A stretch of 64,000 nucleotides of DNA from a bacterium. GTDB taxonomy: Bacteria; UBA8248; JACPRG01; G963555815. A program made the position numbers and the translations under genes. The notes under the pieces were generated by a model. It did no database searches, was not told the origin of the DNA, and saw only the letters and a list, made by a program, of their open reading frames with translations. Where the stretch lies: NCBI GenBank assembly GCA_965218795.1, contig OZ244653.1:1760001-1824000 (forward strand). Direction: 5' to 3'. Positions 43,325-52,262 of the stretch are shown here, piece after piece (the first letter of the stretch is position 1; every line of letters starts with the position of its first letter).

Positions 43325-44716
43325 ATGTTCAAGTCTCGCGCTATATGGAAATTGGGGATTGGTTCTCTCGCTCTTGTCCTCCTGCTTTGGATTCTCAAAG
43401 CAGTCAATGTATTGGCGCTCGAAGGTATTTTCTATGCCGTATTGAACCCAATTGCCGCCCTCCTCCTCATGGTTGCGGTTTACCTGCTCGCCCTGGGGGC
43501 CGGTCAGCTCTTATTCCATGGCTACAAGGCCTGGCGGCCGTTCTCCGCTCTTCTGTCCTTGGTCTGGGGATACATTCTGCTGGCTCCCTTGACCGTGGTC
43601 GCCCAGTCCCTGGGGTACCTGCCCGAGGGGACCTCCTCCCTGGTGCTTTCCGGGATGGCCTTTATCGCAGTGTGGGTGATCCTGATGTGGATCTTCAATT
43701 CCATTCTGACCAGGATCATCCCCGCTATCAATGCGGTGCTGGCTCAGGGGATCACGGCCATCTGGGGCGTTTTCCTGCTCATCTTCGCGTCCTACGCGGC
43801 GGAATCGGCGAAAATCGCACCCCCGAATACGGGGTGGTCGGTGGCGTTATTCTTTACCCTGTTCGGCGCCTGGCTGGCATTGGTTTACGGCGGCTACTTC
43901 ATCCTGGCGCGGATGGCCGCCAATGAATCCATCAAGCCCGGTGTAGACCGGATCGTCACGACGGTCTGGAGCATTATCATCCTCGTGTGCCTGTGGGAGG
44001 TCTGGGTGAATGTCGCCAAGATCCCTCAGTTCCTGGTTCCGTCTCCATCGGCCACCTGGAAGGAGATGGTGGAAAAGGCCCATCTCCTCGGCACGCATGT
44101 CAACACGACCCTACTGGAAACGATCCTGGGATATCTTCTCGGGATCATCATCGGCATCCTTTCGGCTATCCTGATCGTTTGGTACAAGTTCCTGGAGGAC
44201 GTCCTCTATCCGCTCCTGGTCATTCTTCAGGTCATTCCGAAAATTGCCATTGCGCCGCTCCTGCTGATCTGGGTCGGGTATGGGGCGACCTCGAAGGTGT
44301 TGATCGCCTTCCTCATCGGCTACTTCCCGATTGTCGTCAGCATGATCACCGGTCTTCGCTTGGTGGAGCCTGAGCTGCTGGACCTGGTCCGGTCCCTTCG
44401 GGCGACGAAATGGCAGATCCTCACCAAGATTCGCTTCCCCAACTCGTTGCCGTTCCTGTTCAACGGTCTTCAGATTTCGATCACGCTGGCCGTCATCGGG
44501 GCCATCGTCGGAGAATTCGTCGGGGGGAGCAAAGGGCTGGGCTACCTCATCATTGTTTCCAACTATGAATTGAACACGCCCCTGATGTTCACCTCACTGT
44601 TCCTGCTCTCGATCATCGGCCTGGGGCTGTTCGGATTGATCGTGCGGCTGCAGAAAGTGATGATCCCATGGGCGGAAACCGATGAAAGCGAGATGCCGGT
44701 CATGGGCGCGGGATGA
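43325..44716 (+). CDS. ABC transporter permease (SsuC/TauC/NitT type) with a long hydrophobic N-terminal extension
   Basis: C-terminal ~250 aa carry PSPS, IPKIAIAPL, an EAA-like loop and IGAIVGEFVGGSKGLGY; the first ~200 aa are additional TM helices. Confidence 0.88.
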   Translation: MFKSRAIWKLGIGSLALVLLLWILKAVNVLALEGIFYAVLNPIAALLLMVAVYLLALGAGQLLFHGYKAWRPFSALLSLVWGYILLAPLTVVAQSLGYLPEGTSSLVLSGMAFIAVWVILMWIFNSILTRIIPAINAVLAQGITAIWGVFLLIFASYAAESAKIAPPNTGWSVALFFTLFGAWLALVYGGYFILARMAANESIKPGVDRIVTTVWSIIILVCLWEVWVNVAKIPQFLVPSPSATWKEMVEKAHLLGTHVNTTLLETILGYLLGIIIGILSAILIVWYKFLEDVLYPLLVILQVIPKIAIAPLLLIWVGYGATSKVLIAFLIGYFPIVVSMITGLRLVEPELLDLVRSLRATKWQILTKIRFPNSLPFLFNGLQISITLAVIGAIVGEFVGGSKGLGYLIIVSNYELNTPLMFTSLFLLSIIGLGLFGLIVRLQKVMIPWAETDESEMPVMGAG

Positions 44717-44738
44717 TTCACCTCCCGATCTGACTCTC

Positions 44739-44778
44739 CCCGGGGTGAAGCGGAGCACGTTTCGCCCCGGGTTTTTTT
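44739..44778 (+). terminator. intrinsic terminator after the ABC permease
   Basis: CCCGGGGTGAAGCG-gagca-CGTTTCGCCCCGGG followed by T7. Confidence 0.8.
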
Positions 44779-44949
44779 GGCCGATGGACAGCCCCGTTCC
44801 GAGCGATTTGACCGCCTGAACCTGCCTTGACTTGACATCCGGACAATGGGAAAATTCGATTTTCCCGAAGGATCCCGACGAGACTTGTATGGTGTTTCGT
44901 CTCGCCAGGCGGGGCTGAAAACCGTTCACATATCATGGGAACCCAATGA

Positions 44950-46398
44950 ATGAAAACCGCTACGTATACCCCCGATCTGCGAGGATTTGTCGAGTTCCTC
45001 GAAGAAAATCATCCCGATCAGGTAATCCGCATCAAGAAGGAGGTGGACCCCCGCTTCGGCGTGACAGGCATCATCGACCGGCTTGAAAAAGACAATCAAT
45101 TTCCGCTCGTGATATTCGAGAACGTCAAAGGCTCCTCCATCCCCTTGGTCGGTAACATGCACGCCAACTTCGATCGTCTCCGCCTTTCCTTGGGCATGGA
45201 AGACGGAACCGTCAAGGAGTTCCTCGATGAGTACCACAAGCGGGAGTCCCAACCCATCGAACCGGTTCTGGTGGATGACGGTCCCGTTCAGGAAGTGGTC
45301 AAAATCGGAGATGAGGTCGACGTCAACGAGCTCCCCATCTGCACGTACCACGAAAAAGACGGAGGCAAGTACATCACGGCCGGACTGGATCTGATGCGCG
45401 ACCCGGACAACAACGTCAACAACATCGGGATCTACCGCCTGATGGTCAAGGACCGAAACAGCTTCGGCGTTCAGATCTCCGAGACCGCCCACGGCAATTA
45501 CATCTGGAAAAAGTACGAAAAGCGCGGCCTGCCCTGTCCCATGGCCGTCGTCCTCGGGCATCACCCGGCCTTCTTCCTGGGCACGCTGAGCTTCACGCCA
45601 ATGGAAACCGATGAGCTCCACGTGGCGGGGGGCATGCTGCAAAGGCCGGTTGAGCTGGTGAAATGCAAGACCATCCCGCTGGAGGTGCCAGCCGACGCGG
45701 AGATCGTCCTGGAGTGCGAAATCCTGCCCCACATCCGCGAGGAGGAAGCGCCTTTTGGAGAGTATCCGGGGACGTACGGTCCCATGCGGATGAACCCGGT
45801 GGTCAAGGTGAAGGCTATCACTCACCGAAAGAACCCCCTCTACCAGAACGCTTTCGTCGGCCATCCGGATAATCTGCTGCTTTCGGGTCTGGTTCGGTCG
45901 ACGTTCATTAAAGACACGGTGAAAATCGCCTGTCCGACCGTGAAGGCGGTCCACATGCCCAGGGCCGGACGATTCCGTTTCATCTGTTACGTAGCCATCG
46001 AGACCATGATCGAAGGCGAGGCGAAGCAGGCAGCCATGGCCGCCTTCGTGGCGGATCCCTTCTTGAAATTCGTCGTTGTCGTGGACCATGACGTCGACAT
46101 CACCAGCGACACCGAAGTCCTGCACGCGATCGGCACGCGCGTCCGCGGGGACCATGACATTTTCATGGTCCCCTACTCCAAGGGCTCGCCTCTGGACCCG
46201 GCCTCCTATGACCCGGCGGGGGGATCGCACCTGGTCACAAAGGTGGGGATCGACGCCACCCGCAAGTCCAACTACCCCGATGAGATCTCCGTCCCCGGGG
46301 CTGATGAGATCAACCTGGCCGACTATATCGAGGGGTATGAGTCCTCGACGCTGGATCGAAGGGGGATGTACGGAACCGGCGCCGATCTTCCGTCATAA
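44950..46398 (+). CDS. UbiD family decarboxylase #3
   Basis: DLRGFVEFLE, IFENVKG, DGGKYITAG, NIGIYRLMV, EEAPFGEYPGTY, VVVDHDVDI, KVGIDATR. Confidence 0.93.
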   Translation: MKTATYTPDLRGFVEFLEENHPDQVIRIKKEVDPRFGVTGIIDRLEKDNQFPLVIFENVKGSSIPLVGNMHANFDRLRLSLGMEDGTVKEFLDEYHKRESQPIEPVLVDDGPVQEVVKIGDEVDVNELPICTYHEKDGGKYITAGLDLMRDPDNNVNNIGIYRLMVKDRNSFGVQISETAHGNYIWKKYEKRGLPCPMAVVLGHHPAFFLGTLSFTPMETDELHVAGGMLQRPVELVKCKTIPLEVPADAEIVLECEILPHIREEEAPFGEYPGTYGPMRMNPVVKVKAITHRKNPLYQNAFVGHPDNLLLSGLVRSTFIKDTVKIACPTVKAVHMPRAGRFRFICYVAIETMIEGEAKQAAMAAFVADPFLKFVVVVDHDVDITSDTEVLHAIGTRVRGDHDIFMVPYSKGSPLDPASYDPAGGSHLVTKVGIDATRKSNYPDEISVPGADEINLADYIEGYESSTLDRRGMYGTGADLPS

Positions 46399-46430
46399 GT
46401 TGTCAATCCTGAACCGGGAAAGGTGAGAAA

Positions 46431-47315
46431 GTGAGAAACTTCGAGTGGCTGGAACCGGATTCGGTCGCTGATGCCAGCCGGATGGTCCAGGAGAACGGCG
46501 AAGGGGCGAAGCTGATGGCCTCGGGAACCTCTCTCCTCCTGCTGATGCGGCAGCGTATCTTCAGTCCGTCCCACGTGGTGAGCCTGGACCGGGTCGACGG
46601 TCTCGATTTCATCGAGTTTGATGGAGGGGGCAATCTGCGGATCGGTGCGCGGACCAAGCACAGAACCATTGAGCACCACCCGGAGATTGCCGCCAAGTTT
46701 CCAATGATTCACGAGATGGCCCGTCGAGTGGCGAATCCTCAAATCCGCAACATGGCGACTATCGGCGGCAATCTGGTCCACAATGACCCCCAATCCGACC
46801 CCCCCGCCTGCTTTCTGGCAATGGATGCGACCATTCAGGCAACGCTCGGGAAAAAGGAGCGGGAGATTCCGATTGAAGAATTCTTTGTCGACTATTATGA
46901 AACCTGCCTGGAGCCCGGAGAGGTCCTGACGGAAATCCGCATCCCCGCCCATCCGGCGGGTTCGGTCGGGGTCTACACGCGCTTCACCACGACCCCGGCG
47001 GAGGATCGCCCCCTCCTCGGCGTCGGCATGGTATTGAGCATGGACGGCGATACGGTGGCCGACGCGCGGATCTCCCTCGGGGCCTCCACGGCGATTCCCG
47101 TGCGGGCGCGGGCTGCTGAAGAAGCGCTGAAGGGACAACCGGCCACCGAAGAAGTCTTTGCGAAAGCGGGTCAGGCGGCGTCGGACGAGGTGACTCCCTT
47201 GGATGATTTTCGGGGTTCTGCGGATTACCGGCACGAGATCATCAAGGTCATCGTCCGGCGAACGGGGATGCGCGCGCTGGAACGGGCGCGCGGCCAGGAA
47301 AGGGCAGGATTGTGA
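46431..47315 (+). CDS. xanthine dehydrogenase family FAD-binding (medium) subunit, CoxM/CutM-like
   Basis: ASGTSLL, QIRNMATIGGNL, DDFRGSADYR; no HcrB-type Cys insertion. Confidence 0.92.
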   Translation: MRNFEWLEPDSVADASRMVQENGEGAKLMASGTSLLLLMRQRIFSPSHVVSLDRVDGLDFIEFDGGGNLRIGARTKHRTIEHHPEIAAKFPMIHEMARRVANPQIRNMATIGGNLVHNDPQSDPPACFLAMDATIQATLGKKEREIPIEEFFVDYYETCLEPGEVLTEIRIPAHPAGSVGVYTRFTTTPAEDRPLLGVGMVLSMDGDTVADARISLGASTAIPVRARAAEEALKGQPATEEVFAKAGQAASDEVTPLDDFRGSADYRHEIIKVIVRRTGMRALERARGQERAGL

Positions 47316-47800
47316 AAAAACGGCTGATCACGCTCAGCGTCAACGGAGAGGAACACGAGATAGCGGTCGAGCCCCGGCGTCTCCTGGTGGAGGCCATTCG
47401 CGATGATTTAGGCCTGACGGGGACCAAGCGGGGTTGCGAGTCCGGCGTATGCGGCTGTTGCACCATCCTGGTGGATGGCGTCAACATCAAGTCCTGCCTG
47501 ACGCTGGCCCTCCAGGCCCAAGACAAGGAAATCACGACCATCGAGGGACTCCGCGGAGACGACGGCAAGCTCCATCCGATCCAGGAGGCTTACGTCAATT
47601 ACGGCGCCCTTCAGTGCGGTTACTGCACTCCGGGCTTCATCATGACCACCAAGGCGTTCCTCGACGAGAACCCCAAGCCGAGCGAAGCGGAAATCCGGGA
47701 GGGGCTCGGCGGGAATATCTGCCGGTGCACCGGCTATGTAAAAATCGTGGAGGCCATCCAGGCCGCATCCGGCCAGGAAGTGAAGCACGCGCACCACTGA
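47312..47800 (+). CDS. xanthine dehydrogenase family (2Fe-2S) small subunit, CoxS/CutS-like
   Basis: GCESGVCGCCT...SC, QCGYCTPG, NICRCTGY. Confidence 0.95.
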   Translation: MKKRLITLSVNGEEHEIAVEPRRLLVEAIRDDLGLTGTKRGCESGVCGCCTILVDGVNIKSCLTLALQAQDKEITTIEGLRGDDGKLHPIQEAYVNYGALQCGYCTPGFIMTTKAFLDENPKPSEAEIREGLGGNICRCTGYVKIVEAIQAASGQEVKHAHH

Positions 47801-47845
47801 CGCACGGATGAAGGCTGACAACCTGCTCAACCGCGCCGGTTCCGG

Positions 47846-47882
47846 AAAAGGAGACCTTTTGTCTCGAAAGGTCTCCTTTTTT
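47846..47882 (+). terminator. intrinsic (possibly bidirectional) terminator after the 2Fe-2S subunit gene
   Basis: AAAAGGAGACCTTT-tgtctcg-AAAGGTCTCCTTTTTT. Confidence 0.85.
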
Positions 47883-47899
47883 CTCATGGAGAGGGTCCG

Positions 47900-48679
47900 A
47901 TCCGACTGACTGTCCTGGGGGCCTACGGCAGCAGGTCCGAACAATGCCGTCCTATCTCCTTTCTTTTGAATGACACCATTCTGGTGGACGCCGGCTCGGC
48001 CGCATCCGCTCTCTCCATCGAATCGCAATCGGGCGTTCAGGACCTTCTGCTTTCTCACGCCCACATCGATCACGTGGCGGAGTTGTGCTTCCTGCTGGAT
48101 AACACATTCGATCGCCGCAACGAACCGCTCCGGCTCAGGTGTCTGAACGAAACCGACCAAGCGCTGCGGAATCATCTGTTCAACGGAAACCTTTGGCCGG
48201 ACCTGCTGGAGGAGGGTTTTGACGGTCCCCCGGTCCTGGCCATCCATCCGCTGGAGCCCGGCCGGCCGTTTACAGTCGGACCCGCCGGCGGCCAGGTGGA
48301 GGTCACCGCGATTCCTGTGAACCACGTCGTCCCCACGGTCGGATTCCTGCTCGCCGGGACGGGGGGCAGCCTGATTTATACCGCGGACACCGCCCCCACC
48401 CAGGCCATTTGGCAGGCGGCGGAAAACGTTCCGAACCCGATGGCGGTCATCACCGAGGCCTCATTTCCGAACGAAATGGAAGAGATCGCCCGAATCACCG
48501 GCCACATGACGCCCGTGATGGTTCAAGCGGAACTAAAAAAGATGCCCCCCGAAATACCGGTCTATCTGTTTCACGCCAAACCGCCCTATCTGGATGTGAT
48601 GCGAGAGCAGGTGGAAGCCCTGGGAGAGCCCCGCCTCAGGTGGCTCGAAGAAGGAAGAACGTATGATTTCGGGACCTGA
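47900..48679 (+). CDS. MBL-fold metallo-hydrolase, class II cyclic-nucleotide phosphodiesterase-like
   Basis: xRLTVLGAYGS, LVDAG, SHAHIDHV, HLFNGNLWPD, TADT, EASFPN, GHMTP, FHAKP; the apparent start codon is ATC. Confidence 0.85.
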   Translation: MRLTVLGAYGSRSEQCRPISFLLNDTILVDAGSAASALSIESQSGVQDLLLSHAHIDHVAELCFLLDNTFDRRNEPLRLRCLNETDQALRNHLFNGNLWPDLLEEGFDGPPVLAIHPLEPGRPFTVGPAGGQVEVTAIPVNHVVPTVGFLLAGTGGSLIYTADTAPTQAIWQAAENVPNPMAVITEASFPNEMEEIARITGHMTPVMVQAELKKMPPEIPVYLFHAKPPYLDVMREQVEALGEPRLRWLEEGRTYDFGT

Positions 48680-48791
48680 AGGTCCGTGTCTGAACAAGTG
48701 CGGTGAAGCCGGCTGCTTGCAGGGTTCCCCTCCGGTTCCTCCCCCGTCGGCCCGGCAGACGCCCGCGTGACGAAAACTTCGAGCCAAGGAG

Positions 48792-49421
48792 ATGGCCGCT
48801 GTGAATGACCTGATTCGGCTGGGTGAAGACGAGCGGGCCCTCATCGCGGACAAGGGTTTTTTCGAACGGAAACTGGCCGTCAGCAACAAGATCAGAACCG
48901 TATTCGCCCAATTGAGGGACGACCTGGGCGCGCACATGAAGCCGGAGCGTTACCTGGCTCCGGAGCGTGTGGACTTCACGGAAGGGAAAATAAGCGGGGG
49001 GGAAAAACACTACGACCTCCCCTATCTCTTTTTGGATTTTCCGCGTCGGTTTTCCAGAGAAGCCATCTTCGCTTATCGGTCCATTTTTTGGTGGGGCCAT
49101 CACTTTCTGTTCACCCTCATTTTGTCGGGAGAGTGGCTGCCCGAGTACCGCGACCGGACCTTTCAGGGGTGGGAGGCCCTGGCCGTCCGAGGCGATTACG
49201 TCGCCGTGACGGACGATCCTTTCGAGTGGAGGCATCAGGACGAATTTTTTGAGGTCCTCCCGCCCGGGGGGCCTGGACCGCTCGAGGAAACCCTCCGAAA
49301 TCTCCCCTTCCTGAAGCTGATCACCTTTGTCCCTTTCAGCGACCCGAGGCTGGAAGCGGGCGCTCTGGTGCAAATCGGCCTGCAAACCTTCCGTGACTGG
49401 GAGTTTATTTTCACACGGTGA
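48792..49421 (+). CDS. hypothetical protein
   Basis: 209 aa, AAGGAG RBS, protein-like blocks KISGGEKHYDLPYLFLDFPR and YRSIFWWGH. Confidence 0.75.
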   Translation: MAAVNDLIRLGEDERALIADKGFFERKLAVSNKIRTVFAQLRDDLGAHMKPERYLAPERVDFTEGKISGGEKHYDLPYLFLDFPRRFSREAIFAYRSIFWWGHHFLFTLILSGEWLPEYRDRTFQGWEALAVRGDYVAVTDDPFEWRHQDEFFEVLPPGGPGPLEETLRNLPFLKLITFVPFSDPRLEAGALVQIGLQTFRDWEFIFTR

Positions 49422-49467
49422 TCGGTGGGACATTCGGAATCCATCCTTTGCTTGCCGGTGAAGTCGA

Positions 49468-50559
49468 ATGAAGCTCGAGACCGACTTGATCGTGTCATCA
49501 GGCTTATCCCCTCACGTCGCCACGGCGGCCGACGCCTATCGGCTGGCCCAGGCCAATGAGCCATCCGCCGGCTCGGACGCCCCGAAACGGCCCCTCCTCC
49601 GGATCTATTCGCTCGAACGCCCGTCCATCTTGGTGGGGCGATATCAACCAATCCCCGAATCGCACCGGGTGGAGACGGGGGAAGGAGAAGCGCTCCCGGT
49701 CGGCCGCCGTCTCACCGGAGGCAGGGCCGTCCCCGCGGGGCCGGGATTCGCCGGGATCTCCCTGATTCTCCCCAGGGCTTGGGAGCTGACCGGTAACAAC
49801 CCCCGACGAATGATTTCGCCGGAGATCGTTGCCAACCGTTATTCCCGCGCCGTCATGACAGCGTTTCTACGTTTTGGCGTGAAAGTGACCTATCTAGGGA
49901 GAGACGCCCTGACCGCGGGAAAGAAAAAGATCGGTCTTGTCGGATTCACTTTCGCCGAATCGGGAGCCGTCCTGTTCGAATCTCACTTGGCGACCGGGGG
50001 CGATTTGGCGGGCTTGGAGGATACGCATCTTCCCGGTTCCGCAGCGTGGCAGCCGTTGCTTCCGGATCCGCCCACGACATCGCTCCAGGCCCAAGGGGGA
50101 GACGACGTAGGCCTCCGCGAGTTCGCCGATGCGGTCGTCATGGGGGCGGAGAGCAAGCTGGGCTTTTCCATCATTGAACGGGACTGGACGGCCGGGGAAC
50201 TACAGGGGATCACCCGAATTGGCGGAGAGTGGAAAAGAGATGATCGATGGATGGGCGACCGCACGCCCCGACCGGAAGAGAACCTCCGGGCGAAGGCCGG
50301 TATTCAACTCGGCCGCTTCTCCGTGGCCCTCGCCCGCCGACAGGATGGACGCATCGCTTCCGTGACCCTCGCGGGGGACTTTCTTTCAGAGGACCGGACC
50401 GTCTCCGAGCTGGAAGAGTCCTTCCAAGGATTGCCCCTGGATTGGAACACCCTGGCCTCGGCCACGGATCGGGTCTTGAACCGGCCCGGACGGTTTCTGT
50501 TGGGGATGAGCCGGCGGCGGACCCTGGCGGATACCCTCATGCAGGCAGCCGCCGCGTAG
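49468..50559 (+). CDS. lipoate--protein ligase family protein
   Basis: LLRIY...PSILVGRYQ, RRLTGGRAV, KKIG, C-terminal LAGDFL domain. Confidence 0.82.
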   Translation: MKLETDLIVSSGLSPHVATAADAYRLAQANEPSAGSDAPKRPLLRIYSLERPSILVGRYQPIPESHRVETGEGEALPVGRRLTGGRAVPAGPGFAGISLILPRAWELTGNNPRRMISPEIVANRYSRAVMTAFLRFGVKVTYLGRDALTAGKKKIGLVGFTFAESGAVLFESHLATGGDLAGLEDTHLPGSAAWQPLLPDPPTTSLQAQGGDDVGLREFADAVVMGAESKLGFSIIERDWTAGELQGITRIGGEWKRDDRWMGDRTPRPEENLRAKAGIQLGRFSVALARRQDGRIASVTLAGDFLSEDRTVSELEESFQGLPLDWNTLASATDRVLNRPGRFLLGMSRRRTLADTLMQAAAA

Positions 50560-50643
50560 CCCGCCGCTGTACCAGGTTCCCCCGGAAACAAAGAAGCCCC
50601 CCATCCATATTGGGACGGAGGGCTCGAAAGATTCAGGCGGGTT

Positions 50644-50946
50644 TTACTGGCGGAAGCGCGAAAGGTCCGGCGTCAGGTTCGCCAAATCCGGGATGTCGGC
50701 GTCCGGATGGATCTCCTTGGCCCGGGCGAGCAGCAGTTCCTCGTCCTCCTCATTATTGGGATCGGGAACACAACAGTCGACCGGGCAGACGACCGCGCAT
50801 TGCTCCTCGTCGTGAAAACCGACACACTCGGTGCAGGTATTCGGGTCGATGACGAAAATATCCTCTCCCTCGCTGATGGCCTCATTCGGGCATTCGGGCT
50901 CGCAAACTCCGCAATTGATGCATTCGTCGGTGATCATCGTGGCCAT
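50644..50946 (-). CDS. YfhL-family 2x[4Fe-4S] ferredoxin
   Basis: MATMITDECINCGVCEPECPNEAI...CTECVGFHDEEQCAVVCPVDCC. Confidence 0.93.
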   Translation of the reverse strand: MATMITDECINCGVCEPECPNEAISEGEDIFVIDPNTCTECVGFHDEEQCAVVCPVDCCVPDPNNEEDEELLLARAKEIHPDADIPDLANLTPDLSRFRQ

Positions 50947-51152
50947 GGGCAATCTCTCCTCACTGGGGCGGGGCGAAAAAACGGTCCCCAAGCTTCGCCT
51001 TCAAGCAGCGTAGCGCCTTCTGAACCGCTCTGTTCTTATATATGGCCGCCAAAAAACCGTGTCAATTCGCCACAGTCAGTGGGGCCTTTCTCTTCCCTCC
51101 CCCTTCTGGTTGAAGAGGGAAGAGATTCGAACCCATTCACTGAAGCGGCGGG

Positions 51153-52160
51153 TCACCCCGCGTCGGGGGACCCGGCCGCCTTCACGACACCTTCCTCCCG
51201 CTCCTTCTCAAAATGCTGGATGATGGACTGCAGGATCTCTTCCAGCCGCATCGTCGGTTCCCACCCGAGCTGCGCCCGGATTTTCCCGACGTCCGGGACC
51301 CGCTGCTTCATGTCTTCGAATCCCTCGCCGTACGCCTCTCCGTACGAAACAAACTGAATCTCGGAATCGCTTTCGGTCATCTCTTTCACCCGGTGCGCGA
51401 GGTCGGCAATCGTGATCTCCTCGGGGTTACCGATGTTAAAAACCTGTCCTGTCGCATCTGGATTATCCATCAGACCCATCTGGGCGCGTATCGAATCCCT
51501 GACGTGGCAGAAGCACCGGGTCTGGCTCCCGTCCCCGAAGACACGGATGGGCCGGCCTTCCAGGGCAGCCTGGACGAAACTGGGGATGACCATTCCGTAC
51601 ATTCCCGTCTGGCGCGGGCCCACGGTGTTGAAGAGCCGGACGATGACGACCGGCAGTTGATACTCATTCCAATAGGCCAGGGCGAGAAACTCATCCAGTG
51701 TCTTCGTGTTGGCATAGGCCCACCGGTACTTCATAACGGAGCCCATCACCCGATCGTCGTCCTCACGCAGGGGGCCGGAACTGTTTTTTCCATAGACCTC
51801 CGAAGTCGACGCCATCAAAATTTTCTTTCTGTGCCGGTGCACGGCCTTGAGAACCACCTCGGTGCCCCAGACGTTGGTCTCAATCGTTTCGACGGGCTTT
51901 TCCATGATGAGCCGAACGCCCACCGCCGCCGCCAGGTGATACACATGGTCGGCGCGGCCGACCAGTTCATCCACCAGGGCCTCGTCCCTGATGGAACCTT
52001 CGATCCACTCCACATCAGAACGTTCGAGCAAATGCTCGACATTCTTGAGGGCCCCCGTGGAAAGATTGTCGAGGAGGATGACCCGATCCCCCCGGGCGAG
52101 TATCGCCTCGGTCAAATGGGACCCGATGAATCCGGCGCCCCCGGTCAGCAGTATTTGCAT
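51153..52160 (-). CDS. NAD-dependent nucleotide-sugar epimerase/dehydratase
   Basis: LTGGAGFIGSHL, HLAAAVGV, ASTSEVYGK, YANTK, RLFNTVGPRQ. Confidence 0.92.
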   Translation of the reverse strand: MQILLTGGAGFIGSHLTEAILARGDRVILLDNLSTGALKNVEHLLERSDVEWIEGSIRDEALVDELVGRADHVYHLAAAVGVRLIMEKPVETIETNVWGTEVVLKAVHRHRKKILMASTSEVYGKNSSGPLREDDDRVMGSVMKYRWAYANTKTLDEFLALAYWNEYQLPVVIVRLFNTVGPRQTGMYGMVIPSFVQAALEGRPIRVFGDGSQTRCFCHVRDSIRAQMGLMDNPDATGQVFNIGNPEEITIADLAHRVKEMTESDSEIQFVSYGEAYGEGFEDMKQRVPDVGKIRAQLGWEPTMRLEEILQSIIQHFEKEREEGVVKAAGSPDAG

Positions 52161-52262
52161 GAAGCCTGTCTCCGGAACATGAGAGAAGGGCGGGAACAGA
52201 CTGTCCACCGCCCCTGAATCATTCCAATGTATTCTAGGGTCGTCGCGGCCGTCCGGCAACCC

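Noticed and set aside
46431-47800. Calling the M/S genes aerobic CO dehydrogenase or 4-hydroxybenzoyl-CoA reductase
   Set aside because: Specificity is set by the absent large subunit, and the M subunit lacks the HcrB Fe-S insertion.
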